Below, one piece after another: positions 9,240 through 19,140 of a DNA stretch of 64,000 nt. The notes beneath the pieces are model-generated. The model did not search any database, was not told where the DNA came from, and worked only from the letters and a program-made list of their open reading frames with translations. Position numbers and translations under genes: made by a program. The DNA is taken from assembly GCA_965208125.1 (NCBI GenBank), contig OZ242320.1, positions 3,712,001 through 3,776,000 on the forward strand, in the 5' to 3' direction. The DNA comes from Candidatus Latescibacterota bacterium. Lineage in GTDB: Bacteria > Latescibacterota > UBA2968. Within the stretch, counting starts at the first letter, position 1. Every line of letters starts with the position of its first letter.

Positions 9240-10607
9240 TCAGGGAAATTCGCGATAGATTTCGGGCTCTTCAAAGCGAAGATACTCTGCCCGAAAGACC
9301 AAAAAAACGCTGCCAATCGGCCCATTGCGTTGCTTGCCCAAAATGATCTCGGCTCTGCCTTCTTGTGAATTGCCCTCTTCGTCCATAATGCCATATACTT
9401 CGGGGCGAAAGAGAAACATCACCACATCCGCGTCCTGTTCAATTGAGCCACTCTCGCGCAAATCAGCCAATTGCGGTCGCTTATCCGTGCGACTCTCCAC
9501 AGCCCGCGACAATTGCGCACAGGCAATGAGCGGGATATCGAGTTCTTTGGCGAGGGCTTTCAGGGACCGCGAAATAGAGGCGATTTCCTGTTCGCGGCTG
9601 CTGTAATTTTCAGTTGTGGTCATCAATTGCAGATAATCGACAATGATTAACTCAATATTGTATTCGGATTTCGCGCGGCGCGCTTTGGCACGCAGTTCCA
9701 TTACGGAAATAGCAGGTGTGTCATCGATGTATATGGGGGCTTCAATGAGCTTTCCCGTCCAGTTGGCTAATCTATCCCATTCATCGTCCGACAACTTGCC
9801 CGTTCGCAAACGGTGCGAATCCACGCGCGCTTCGGCACACAAAAGTCGCTGTGCGAGTTGTCCTGTTGCCATTTCCAGAGAAAAATACAGCACGGGGGTA
9901 CCCTTCACGGCGGCATTGCGCGCCATGCACAATGTGAGTGCTGTTTTGCCCATTGAGGGACGCGACGCGAGGATGATCAGGTCCGAAGACTGCAAGCCCG
10001 CTGTGATTTCATCGAGTTCCGTATAGCCCGTGGTCACGCCAGTCAGCGCACCGCCATGTTCGCGCGCTCTATCAATGGCTTCATAAACCTCGTTAAGTGC
10101 AGATTCAAGGGACATGACGCCTTTGCCCAATTCACCTTCAGCAATTTGAAAGACCCGTTGTTCGGCGCGGTCGATGAGTTCGCGCACATCCTCGGTTTCT
10201 TCATAGCTTTCGGTGAGTGTTTGGGTCGCTGCGGCAATCAACCGCCGCCGTTGCGCTTTTTCGAGTACGATCTGCGCGTGGTATTCGGCATTGGCTGCTG
10301 TCGCCATTTCACTGGCCAACTCGGCAATCAAAACCGCGCCGCCGACATCGTCGAGTTGCCCTCGGCGCTCGAGTTCTGCTGTGAGTGTCACCTGATCAAT
10401 GGGATCGCCGCGCTCTGACATTTTTTGGATTGCCGCATAGACTTTTCGGTGTGGGGTATGGTAAAAAGCCGTTTCATCACCCAGTACTTCCACCACGCGA
10501 TTGATTGCCATATTGTCAATCAACATGGCGCCCAACACAGCGCGTTCGACTTCGAGTGCCTGGGGCTGTGCGCGTTCAGCCGTGTTCAATGTAGGATTTT
10601 CGACCAT
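9240..10607 (-). CDS. dnaB: Replicative DNA helicase
   Basis: ASRPSMGKT, IVDYLQL, DLRESGSIEQDAD, KQRNGP; no intein. Confidence 0.97.
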   Translation of the reverse strand: MVENPTLNTAERAQPQALEVERAVLGAMLIDNMAINRVVEVLGDETAFYHTPHRKVYAAIQKMSERGDPIDQVTLTAELERRGQLDDVGGAVLIAELASEMATAANAEYHAQIVLEKAQRRRLIAAATQTLTESYEETEDVRELIDRAEQRVFQIAEGELGKGVMSLESALNEVYEAIDRAREHGGALTGVTTGYTELDEITAGLQSSDLIILASRPSMGKTALTLCMARNAAVKGTPVLYFSLEMATGQLAQRLLCAEARVDSHRLRTGKLSDDEWDRLANWTGKLIEAPIYIDDTPAISVMELRAKARRAKSEYNIELIIVDYLQLMTTTENYSSREQEIASISRSLKALAKELDIPLIACAQLSRAVESRTDKRPQLADLRESGSIEQDADVVMFLFRPEVYGIMDEEGNSQEGRAEIILGKQRNGPIGSVFLVFRAEYLRFEEPEIYREFP

Positions 10608-11278
10608 TAAATTTCAGTTCCATCGTAAAGTTTGCGAACCAGTTTCAAGTCTTCCCAGGCAGGGCGCTTCCAGTGTGCATTTCTCAATAGGGCAGCAGGG
10701 TGATATGTGGGGACTAATTTCGCGCCATGGTATTCAAAAATTTTTCCTCGCAAACGCCCCATCGACTCGGTGGTCTGCAACAGGGTTTGTGCGGCAAAAC
10801 GACCAAGAGTACAGATTATAATCGGCGCAATCAGGTCAATTTGTTGTAGTAGATAAGGCTGACACTCGGCAATTTCATCGGGTTTTGGATCCCGGTTATT
10901 AGGAGGCCTGCATTTGATAATGTTGGCAATATAGACGTCTTCGCGCGTCAAACCCATAGCTTCGATCATGCGCGTCAACAATTGTCCAGCCGCACCCACA
11001 AAAGGCAATCCCTGTCGATCTTCGTCAGCGCCTGGTGCTTCGCCAACAAACATGAGGTCTGCATTGGTTTTCCCGCTTCCAAACACGACTGAGGTGCGCG
11101 TTTGCGCCAATCCGCATTTTTGACAGCTGCGGGCCTCTTGCCCCAAGACAGTCAGGGGATCAGCGTCCGATTCTCGATCATCCATCAGCGCAACCGAGGC
11201 GGGCGCGTAAGCGATTTCTCGCGATAGAAAATCGCGTGCAAGCGCGAGGGTTTCCAACAGGTCAGGGGGTTCATTCAT
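10607..11278 (-). CDS. Uracil-DNA glycosylase, family 4
   Basis: [26 protein letters not shown]; the ATG at 11278 overlaps the end of coaBC. Confidence 0.92.
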   Translation of the reverse strand: MNEPPDLLETLALARDFLSREIAYAPASVALMDDRESDADPLTVLGQEARSCQKCGLAQTRTSVVFGSGKTNADLMFVGEAPGADEDRQGLPFVGAAGQLLTRMIEAMGLTREDVYIANIIKCRPPNNRDPKPDEIAECQPYLLQQIDLIAPIIICTLGRFAAQTLLQTTESMGRLRGKIFEYHGAKLVPTYHPAALLRNAHWKRPAWEDLKLVRKLYDGTEI

Positions 11279-12476
11279 GCGCGTTCTCCCAACGCGAGAC
11301 CAGCCAATCCAAAATGCGGTCTGCCACATCGCGTTTGGACATCAAAGGCCATGCGACAGGTTCCCGACGGGGTTCGATAAAAGTCACGACATTGGTATCG
11401 ACACCAAACCCCGCACCTTCCACATTCAATTCGTTCAACACAATCAGGTCAAGATTTTTCTCGTGAAGTTTTTTGCGGGCATTTTCCAGCGCGTGATCGG
11501 TTTCCATCGCAAATCCGATTACGATTCGCTCGCCTTTGTTTTGTCCCAGGGAAATTAAAAAATCTTCATTGGGCAGCAGGTGGAGTGAAAGACCGCCATC
11601 GCGTTTTTTGATTTTTGATTCGGACACATGTTCGGGGCGAAAATCGAGCACTGCTGCGGTCATAATTAGTGCGTCGGCCTGCTGATATGCGCGGATGGTC
11701 GCTGCTTTTAAATCGGCTACTGTGCGGATAGACTCGACCTGTACACCTGTGGGTGCAGTGAGTTCTGTCGGTCCGCTGATCAACGCGACATCAGCACCTC
11801 GGCGGTGCGCTTGTTCGGCAATAGCATAGCCCATTTTACCCGTTGAGCGATTGGTGATAAAACGGACGGGGTCAATAGGTTGCTCTGTCCTGCCCGCTGT
11901 CACTGCAATGCGTTTCCCCGCAAGTGATAGCGTTGCGCCCATCATACTGCTGGCCTCATCCACAATCTCATGGGGTTCGGCCATGCGTCCCATTCCCTCG
12001 GCACCCGAGGCGAGCAATCCCGCCCCCGGCCCAACCATCCGATAGCCGTCTTTTTTTAAGAACTCGACATTTTGTCGTACAGCACCGCGTTCCCACATTT
12101 GGGTTTCCATTGCCGGAGCGAGTAAAACAGGTGCTTCTGCAGCCAACAACGCACAGGTCAACAGGTCGTCGGCCAACCCATGGGCCAATTTGCCCATGCA
12201 ATTTGCAGTTGCTGGCGCGACAATGATTAGATCGGCCCATTTGCCCAAATGTACGTGGATAACATCTGGGTCGCCGTCCGACGGAAACAAATCCGTATAG
12301 ACGCGATGGTGCGAGAGTGCTTCAAAAGTGAGGGGCTGCACAAACTTCTGTGCAGCAGGTGTCATGACCACCCGAACTTCTGCACCTGCATTCTGAAGAA
12401 GGCGCAATAAGAATACGCTTTTATAGGCGGCAATTCCACCGCTAACGCCCAGAAGAATCCTCTTTCCCGTCAGCAT
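11271..12476 (-). CDS. coaBC: Phosphopantothenoylcysteine decarboxylase/ligase
   Basis: [46 protein letters not shown]. Confidence 0.95.
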   Translation of the reverse strand: MLTGKRILLGVSGGIAAYKSVFLLRLLQNAGAEVRVVMTPAAQKFVQPLTFEALSHHRVYTDLFPSDGDPDVIHVHLGKWADLIIVAPATANCMGKLAHGLADDLLTCALLAAEAPVLLAPAMETQMWERGAVRQNVEFLKKDGYRMVGPGAGLLASGAEGMGRMAEPHEIVDEASSMMGATLSLAGKRIAVTAGRTEQPIDPVRFITNRSTGKMGYAIAEQAHRRGADVALISGPTELTAPTGVQVESIRTVADLKAATIRAYQQADALIMTAAVLDFRPEHVSESKIKKRDGGLSLHLLPNEDFLISLGQNKGERIVIGFAMETDHALENARKKLHEKNLDLIVLNELNVEGAGFGVDTNVVTFIEPRREPVAWPLMSKRDVADRILDWLVSRWENAHE

Positions 12477-12669
12477 AGGTCACCTGAATTTTCTTTTCTA
12501 CAATTCGGTCCAGTGCAATGGTTGTTATTTTTTCTTCACCTTCGGGTACACCCGCAACCAGCCGGGCTTTATTCAACCGGCGCGCTTCTTTTGATGCCAG
12601 CAATACGGCTTTATAGGTATTCATATCCTCTTCAACTGTTAATTCTTCAGAAAAAAATACGTTTGACAT
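12442..12669 (-). CDS. rpoZ: RNA polymerase omega subunit (divergent)
   Basis: NTYKAVLLASKEARRLN...KITTIAL; sits between gmk and coaBC; AGGAG upstream. Confidence 0.75.
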   Translation of the reverse strand: MSNVFFSEELTVEEDMNTYKAVLLASKEARRLNKARLVAGVPEGEEKITTIALDRIVEKKIQVTYADGKEDSSGR

Positions 12670-12747
12670 AACGCTCTCCTTATCGGAAATGGGGATTTTG
12701 CACTGCAATAACAGACCGGAAATAGGTCGGGAGCATAGCTGGAGTTT

Positions 12748-13407
12748 TTAGTGATTCAATCCATGCAAACACATCCGCCGTGTGCGTCGTCGCTCTGCGT
12801 GAATAATAGCGAGTAAATCGGCGATGGCATGTTCCAATTTGTCATTTACGATAACGTAATCGCTGTTTTTTGCCTGGACGAGTTCAGAAACGGCATTTTC
12901 CATACGCAAACGAAAGGCCGACGTGCTTTCAGACTGTCGCGCATTGAGTCGCTCTGCAAGCACATCGAGAGAAGGCGGTACGACAAATACGATTACACAG
13001 CGATCTCCCAAGACCTTTTTCCACGCGGCTACGCCTTGCACATCCACGTCCATTAACATCACCTGTCCGCCGCTCATGGCTTTTACAACCGCATCGAATG
13101 TCGCGCCGTAAAGATGTCCGTGTACTTCGGCAGACTCGATAAAATCGCCTCGCGTTTGCATGGCTTCAAATTGTGCAACTGTCACAAAATGACGGGCAAC
13201 ACCTTCTACTTCGTCATCGCGTGGTGGTCGCGTCGTTGTCGTCACACACCGCCGCACGCGAGAATCTGCACGTAAAACTCCCTGGCATATCGACGTTTTT
13301 CCCACTCCCGATGGCCCGGCGACGACCACGGCAAATGCGTCGGGACTATCGCTCAGCTTTTGCCGAATTCGTCCAACACTCGTTTTTTTTGATTTAATCC
13401 GCGCCAT
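12748..13407 (-). CDS. gmk: Guanylate kinase (start uncertain)
   Basis: GPSGVGKT, TTTRPPR, EVHGHLYG, DVDVQG. Confidence 0.92.
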   Translation of the reverse strand: MARIKSKKTSVGRIRQKLSDSPDAFAVVVAGPSGVGKTSICQGVLRADSRVRRCVTTTTRPPRDDEVEGVARHFVTVAQFEAMQTRGDFIESAEVHGHLYGATFDAVVKAMSGGQVMLMDVDVQGVAAWKKVLGDRCVIVFVVPPSLDVLAERLNARQSESTSAFRLRMENAVSELVQAKNSDYVIVNDKLEHAIADLLAIIHAERRRTRRMCLHGLNH

Positions 13408-13467
13408 CCGTTTTATCTGCACCTCGCTTTAATCCGTGTCATCCGCGCCATCCGTGTCATCCGCGAT
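13394..13467. repeat. Short-period ATCCGYG(C/T)C repeats at the yicC/gmk junction
   Basis: taatccgcgccatccgttttatctgc and taatccgtgtcatccgcgccatccgtgtcatccgcg. Confidence 0.7.
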
Positions 13468-13469
13468 CA

Positions 13470-14342
13470 TTACTCGATGTTTTGAACCTGTTCTCTGAGT
13501 TTTTCGATTTCTTCTTTGATATCTACGACCACATGGGCTATTGCCGCATCACCCGCTTTGGATCCTATGGTATTGGCTTCCCTGAGCATTTCTTGCAACA
13601 GAAAATTGAGACGCCGGCCAACTGCTTCTTTGCGATCGAGCATTCCGAGAAACTGCGCGTTGTGACTGTGAAAACGCACGCATTCTTCTGTTATGTCGCT
13701 GCGGTCAGCTAAGAGGGCAATTTCCATCAACAGCCTGCTCTCATCAATTTGTTCAGGCGTTAATAATTGTGCCAATTTTTCCTCTAATCGCGTCCGAACA
13801 GTTTCTACTCGCTTGGGTGCGAGTGCTTCGACGCGCTGGAGAAATTCGTCGAGCACTGAAATGCGCATACGGAGATCACGAGCGAGTTTTTCACCTTCTG
13901 CCAGGCACATGACCCGACAGGCGTCAATGGCTTGACTGAGCGCAGCAGATACTATTTTCCAGAGGGCTTCAGAATCGAGTTCGGGAACTTCAAATGCGAA
14001 TATTTGAGGCAATTGGGCAATTTGCATCAGATCGACATCGCCCGATATATCTGAACGAATTTCCTCGATTCCCTTGAGATATGCGGCCAGCACTTCGGGC
14101 TTGAGTACGGGAAGGCCCTGCTCTGATGCAGCATCCTGCAAGGTGACACTCACATCGAGTCGCCCTCTTGTAAAGACCGATAACACTCGTTCTTTGATGC
14201 GAGGCTCAAGCTCAGACAAAGAACGGGGCATGCGTACCATCACATCGCCATAGCGTCCATTGACCGACCGAATTTCAACAATAACGCGGCCCACTTCCCC
14301 TTCTGCAACACCCTTTCCAAAACCGGTCATGCTGGCGATCAT
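13470..14342 (-). CDS. yicC: YicC/YloC family endoribonuclease
   Basis: MIASMTGFG, EIRSVNGRY, GRRLNFLLQEMLREANTIGSK, REQVQNIE. Confidence 0.93.
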   Translation of the reverse strand: MIASMTGFGKGVAEGEVGRVIVEIRSVNGRYGDVMVRMPRSLSELEPRIKERVLSVFTRGRLDVSVTLQDAASEQGLPVLKPEVLAAYLKGIEEIRSDISGDVDLMQIAQLPQIFAFEVPELDSEALWKIVSAALSQAIDACRVMCLAEGEKLARDLRMRISVLDEFLQRVEALAPKRVETVRTRLEEKLAQLLTPEQIDESRLLMEIALLADRSDITEECVRFHSHNAQFLGMLDRKEAVGRRLNFLLQEMLREANTIGSKAGDAAIAHVVVDIKEEIEKLREQVQNIE

Positions 14343-14397
14343 ACACGCTCCCACCTGCTGGCAAATGCAGTAAAAATATCTGAAATAATAGCTAAAA

Positions 14398-14426
14398 AAG
14401 ATAGTCAATTTACATATTATTGTCAA
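14398..14426 (-). promoter_or_regulatory. Sigma70-type promoter of the yicC operon
   Basis: TTGACA-17 nt-TATCTT on the minus strand. Confidence 0.65.
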
Positions 14427-14526
14427 TCAAACCGGATAGAACTGCGGATTTGTGGTTGTCAATCGCATTTCTTTGCAGCTCGCAATTGGGGTGGTCTGGA
14501 GGGCGTTTCTACAATCAGGTCTTAGA

Positions 14527-14555
14527 TTGACTTGAACAGAGCAAGACGGTATATT
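14527..14555 (+). promoter_or_regulatory. Sigma70-type promoter of the lepA operon
   Basis: TTGACT-17 nt-TATATT. Confidence 0.65.
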
Positions 14556-14629
14556 CTTATTCTTTATGGCATTTATTGAACTACTATGACAGTTATCACA
14601 ACTTTTCGAACTTGTTACAACACGAAAAC

Positions 14630-16429
14630 ATGAATCTTCAGAATATTCGAAATTTTTCCATCATTGCGCATATTGACCATGGAAAATCGACTCTGGCCGA
14701 CCGGTTGCTCGAGCAGACACAAACTCTGAGTAAATTTCAGATGCAAGATCAGGTGCTCGACAGCATGGACCTTGAGCGCGAGCGGGGTATTACTATCAAA
14801 TCGCACGCCATTCGCATGGATTACACGGCGCCGGATGGGCAGATTTATGAACTCAATCTCATCGATACGCCGGGCCATGTCGATTTCTCTTATGAAGTCT
14901 CGCGTAGCCTCACTGCGTGTGAAGGTGCGCTGCTCCTCGTTGACGCGGCACAGGGAGTGGAAGCCCAAACCGTTAGCAATGTCCTCCTCGCTATGGAACA
15001 CGACTTATTCATCATTCCCGTGATCAACAAGATTGACCTGCCCGGTGCTGAAGTAGATCGCGTGGTCATGCAACTCCACGACTTGCTCGGTGTAGAAGAA
15101 GAGGAAATTGTCAAAATCAGCGCTAAAGAGGGCATTGGGATCGATACACTCCTGGCCGCCATTATCGATGAGATACCACCTCCTGAAGGGAATCCGGATG
15201 CTCCGCTCAAGGCCCTCATCTTCGATTCTATTTTTGATCAATATCGCGGTGTCGTGGCTTATGTGCGCGTTTTTGATGGTGTTTTGAAAAAAAGCATGCC
15301 CATCCGCCTCTTTTCGACCAACCAAAATTACGACGCCGAAGAGATCGGTACCCTCAAACTCAAACGCATCAAACAACAAAGCCTCAGCGCAGGCGAAGTC
15401 GGGTATCTCATCGCGGGTATCAAAGATCTTGAAGATGCTCGGGTCGGGGACACCGTCACCGGCTCTGCGAATCCCGCCATTCATCCCTTACCCGGCTACC
15501 AGGAAGTCAAACCCATGGTCTTTGCTGGACTTTATCCAGTATCATCAGATGACTTTGAAAACCTCCGGTCTGCACTCGAAAAACTGCACCTTAACGATGC
15601 GTCATTGTCCTATGAGCCCGAAACTTCGACAGCACTCGGTTTTGGGTTCCGATGTGGCTTCCTCGGTCTGCTCCACATGGAAATTGTCCAGGAGCGACTG
15701 GACCGCGAATTTGATATAGACATCATCACCACTGTGCCCAATGTCGAATATCGCGTGCGTCTGACCAGTGGCGAGCAAATTGATGTGCAAAATCCCGCTG
15801 AGATGCCACCTGCGGGAAACATAAAAGATATTGCCGAACCGATACTTGATGCCCAAATTCTGGTGCCCTCTGAATATGTGGGCAATATTATGCGTATTGC
15901 ACAAGATCGTCGGGGCCATTATCGTACGACCGAATACATTGACCCCACCCGTGCTCTCTTGCGCTATGATCTGCCGTTATCCGAAATTGTGCTCGATTTC
16001 TACGACCGCCTCAAATCGGTCTCGCGCGGTTATGCATCGTTTGACTACGAATACAAAAAACACCAGGCTGCGGATCTGGTCAAACTCGACCTGCTCATCA
16101 ATGGCGAACCCTTAGACGCACTCTCTGCAATTGTTCACCGCGATAAAGCCTATGAATGGGGGCGCGCGTTGAGTCAAAAACTCAAAGCACTGATCCCGCG
16201 CCAGCTCTTTGAAGTCGTTATTCAAGCGGCAATCGGTGCCAAAGTGATTTCGCGCGAAACCGTGCGTCCCTTCCGCAAAAACGTCACTGCCAAATGTTAT
16301 GGCGGCGATATTACCCGCAAGCGCAAACTCCTCGAGCGTCAAAAAGAGGGCAAAAAGCGCATGAAACAAGTCGGCGCAGTAGAAATCCCTCAAGAGGCGT
16401 TTCTCGCTGTTTTGCAGATGGAAGTGTGA
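14630..16429 (+). CDS. lepA: Elongation factor 4
   Basis: [43 protein letters not shown]. Confidence 0.98.
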   Translation: MNLQNIRNFSIIAHIDHGKSTLADRLLEQTQTLSKFQMQDQVLDSMDLERERGITIKSHAIRMDYTAPDGQIYELNLIDTPGHVDFSYEVSRSLTACEGALLLVDAAQGVEAQTVSNVLLAMEHDLFIIPVINKIDLPGAEVDRVVMQLHDLLGVEEEEIVKISAKEGIGIDTLLAAIIDEIPPPEGNPDAPLKALIFDSIFDQYRGVVAYVRVFDGVLKKSMPIRLFSTNQNYDAEEIGTLKLKRIKQQSLSAGEVGYLIAGIKDLEDARVGDTVTGSANPAIHPLPGYQEVKPMVFAGLYPVSSDDFENLRSALEKLHLNDASLSYEPETSTALGFGFRCGFLGLLHMEIVQERLDREFDIDIITTVPNVEYRVRLTSGEQIDVQNPAEMPPAGNIKDIAEPILDAQILVPSEYVGNIMRIAQDRRGHYRTTEYIDPTRALLRYDLPLSEIVLDFYDRLKSVSRGYASFDYEYKKHQAADLVKLDLLINGEPLDALSAIVHRDKAYEWGRALSQKLKALIPRQLFEVVIQAAIGAKVISRETVRPFRKNVTAKCYGGDITRKRKLLERQKEGKKRMKQVGAVEIPQEAFLAVLQMEV

Positions 16430-16434
16430 GGAAA

Positions 16435-17124
16435 ATGCCCCAAAAAAGATCCGTGACTATTGAATATATCAAAGCCATCTTACTCGCGTTTGCACTCGCG
16501 CTTTTTATTCGCATATTTGTCGTGCAGGCATTTCGCATTCCTTCAGGATCGATGGAAAACACTTTGCTGGTTGGAGATTTTTTGCTGGCAAATAAATTTA
16601 TTTACGGTGCTCGCATTCCCTTTACCGACATTCGCCTGCCCGCGTGGCGTTCGCCAGTTCCCGGCGATATTGTCATTTTTCAGTATCCCAGAGACCCATC
16701 CCGCGATTTTATCAAACGCATTGTTGCAGGTCCCGGGCAGAAAGTTGAAATTAAAGATAAAATCCTTTATGTTGACGACAAACGCGCGATTGATCCATCC
16801 AGAGCTAAATATATCGATTCTGTTATTCTCAAACGGAGATCGGTGACCAATACGCGGGATAACTACGGGCCTAAGATCGTACCCGAAGACTGCTATTTCG
16901 TGATGGGCGACAACCGCGACAGCAGTGAAGACAGTCGATACTGGGGTTTTCTCAAGCGCGATCTCATTCGGGGGAAAGCATTTATTCTCTACTGGTCCTG
17001 GGCACCAGATGATCGCGTTCCCGCATATAGCAACGTGACGTCTCTATTCGGTATCGCGCTCTATAATCTGTTCCATTTTCCAGAGCGTGTGCGCTGGCGG
17101 CGCATTGGTATGCTCGTGGAGTGA
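16435..17124 (+). CDS. lepB: Signal peptidase I
   Basis: IPSGSME, DFIKR, GDNRDSSEDSRYWG. Confidence 0.95.
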   Translation: MPQKRSVTIEYIKAILLAFALALFIRIFVVQAFRIPSGSMENTLLVGDFLLANKFIYGARIPFTDIRLPAWRSPVPGDIVIFQYPRDPSRDFIKRIVAGPGQKVEIKDKILYVDDKRAIDPSRAKYIDSVILKRRSVTNTRDNYGPKIVPEDCYFVMGDNRDSSEDSRYWGFLKRDLIRGKAFILYWSWAPDDRVPAYSNVTSLFGIALYNLFHFPERVRWRRIGMLVE

Positions 17125-17130
17125 AACGTT

Positions 17131-18240
17131 ATGCACCTCGGCCTTTACATTCATATCCCATTTTGTCATTCGCGCTGTCCGTATTGCGATTTTGCATTTG
17201 TCGTGGGAAAAAATCATATGGCGAAACGCTATACAGATGCGGTGATTGTCGAGATGCAAAATCGCATACAATCCCTCAGAACGCCGCCCGTGTTCAATAC
17301 GCTGTACTTTGGAGGAGGCACGCCCTCGGCAATACCACCTGGACAATTGGATCGGATCACGGCAAGTGTAAAAAGCACGACCGCTCCCGATGCAGAGATT
17401 ACGGCGGAGGTCAATCCCAATGATCGCAAGCACTTTGAAAAATTATATGAATACGGCATCAACCGCTTGAGTCTGGGTGTACAGGCATTTACAGATCGCG
17501 CACTCAAAGCACTCGGTCGATTTCACACGACATCAGATGCGATAGGCGCGTTTCAAGTCGCCCGCGATGTGGGGTTTAAGAACATAAGTATCGACCTTAT
17601 GTACGGCGCGCCGGAACAGACGCTTGAAGAATGGGCAACGAGTATTCAGAGGGCCATTGACCTGCGTCCCGAACATATCTCGGTGTATGGACTCACGATT
17701 GAGCCTCAGACCAATTTTGCGCGCCGCTTTCGAAAGGGGAAATTGGATGTGCCGCCTGAAATCGATCAGGCCGAGATGTATATGTATGCTATTGACCAAC
17801 TCGAAGATGCCGGGTACACACATTACGAAATTTCCAATTTTGCCCAACCGGGCTTTGCGTCACGTCACAATCTTAACTACTGGCATGATCGCCCCTATCT
17901 GGGCGTTGGTTTATCTGCACATTCGTACCTCGACAATCGGCGATTCTGGAATGTGCGCGAGCTCACAACTTATATGCAACATATTGAGGCAACCGGATTT
18001 GCGTTGGAAAGAGAAGAACAGCTTACGCCGACGCAACATCTGCTGGAGCGCATTATGCTGGGGTTGCGCCAGCGTCGGGGGCTTCGGGCAGAGTTTTTGA
18101 GTCATCCGAAAATTCACAAACAGTATATTGCGATGGCAAACCAGCACTTGCTGGAACGAACTGATAACCGCGTTCGCCTGACGCGGCGAGGTCTCCTGCT
18201 CGCCGATCTGGTATGCACCGAACTCGTTAGAGAACTATAG
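17131..18240 (+). CDS. hemW: Radical SAM heme chaperone HemW
   Basis: YIHIPFCHSRCPYCDF, GGGTPS, YEISNFA, HNLNYW. Confidence 0.9.
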   Translation: MHLGLYIHIPFCHSRCPYCDFAFVVGKNHMAKRYTDAVIVEMQNRIQSLRTPPVFNTLYFGGGTPSAIPPGQLDRITASVKSTTAPDAEITAEVNPNDRKHFEKLYEYGINRLSLGVQAFTDRALKALGRFHTTSDAIGAFQVARDVGFKNISIDLMYGAPEQTLEEWATSIQRAIDLRPEHISVYGLTIEPQTNFARRFRKGKLDVPPEIDQAEMYMYAIDQLEDAGYTHYEISNFAQPGFASRHNLNYWHDRPYLGVGLSAHSYLDNRRFWNVRELTTYMQHIEATGFALEREEQLTPTQHLLERIMLGLRQRRGLRAEFLSHPKIHKQYIAMANQHLLERTDNRVRLTRRGLLLADLVCTELVREL

Positions 18241-19140
18241 ATGGAATTTAGCATCCGGCTACCCGGTTCCACCGCCAATCTCGGTCCCGGTTATGATGCA
18301 CTGGGCATGGCGTTGTCCATTTACAATTATGTCGCGGTAAAAACCCGTTCCCGACCGGGCGTGTCATTTAGCATTGAGGGTGAAGGCAAGAATATTTTGC
18401 CCACCGATGAGGAGAATCTCTTTTATCATGCCGCGCAATTTGCCGCCCAACGCGCGGGGAAAACACTGCCAGGAATCGATATCCACATGCACAATACCGT
18501 GCCTCTTGCCCGGGGATTGGGCAGCAGTTCAACGGCTATTGTCGGCGGTATTATTGCGGCTAACTCTCTTTTAGGTGAACCCTTTTCACAGATGGAGATG
18601 CTCGATATTGCCACGGCTATTGAAGGGCATCCCGACAATGTCTCGCCCTGCTTGCTCGGCGGTCTTACAGCTTCTATTATGGATGGCAATCGCGTTGCCT
18701 GCGTGTGTGCCCTGCCACCGAAAGAATTGCGCGCCGTGGTCGCTATTCCCGAATTTGAACTCAAGACCGAACATGCCCGCAATGTTTTGCCCGACGCGAT
18801 TTCCCACCGTGACGCTGTTTTCAGTACAAGCCGAGCGTGCATTGTTACAGCAGCGCTGATTACAGGAGATTTTGAGCATCTCGCTGTTGGCATGCAAGAC
18901 CGCTTGCATCACCCCTATCGATCAAAACTCATTCCGGGTTTTGATCAGATACTCGCAGCAGCGGTCAAAGCAGGGGCATGGGGTGCCGCGCTTTCGGGCG
19001 CAGGGCCGACTCTCATCGCGCTTACAACCCAAAATGCCGACGATATTGGACAGGCTATGATCGGTGTTTGGGGGGAAAAAAATATACAGGCTCGTTATCG
19101 CATCCTCAAAATTGATCCATCGGGAGCCACCGTCACATGA
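18241..19140 (+). CDS. thrB: Homoserine kinase
   Basis: STANLGPGYD, PLARGLGSSS, EGHPDN, LSGAGPT. Confidence 0.95.
   Translation: MEFSIRLPGSTANLGPGYDALGMALSIYNYVAVKTRSRPGVSFSIEGEGKNILPTDEENLFYHAAQFAAQRAGKTLPGIDIHMHNTVPLARGLGSSSTAIVGGIIAANSLLGEPFSQMEMLDIATAIEGHPDNVSPCLLGGLTASIMDGNRVACVCALPPKELRAVVAIPEFELKTEHARNVLPDAISHRDAVFSTSRACIVTAALITGDFEHLAVGMQDRLHHPYRSKLIPGFDQILAAAVKAGAWGAALSGAGPTLIALTTQNADDIGQAMIGVWGEKNIQARYRILKIDPSGATVT

Noticed and set aside
9240-10607. Intein in DnaB
   Set aside because: The 455-aa length is normal and the motifs are contiguous.
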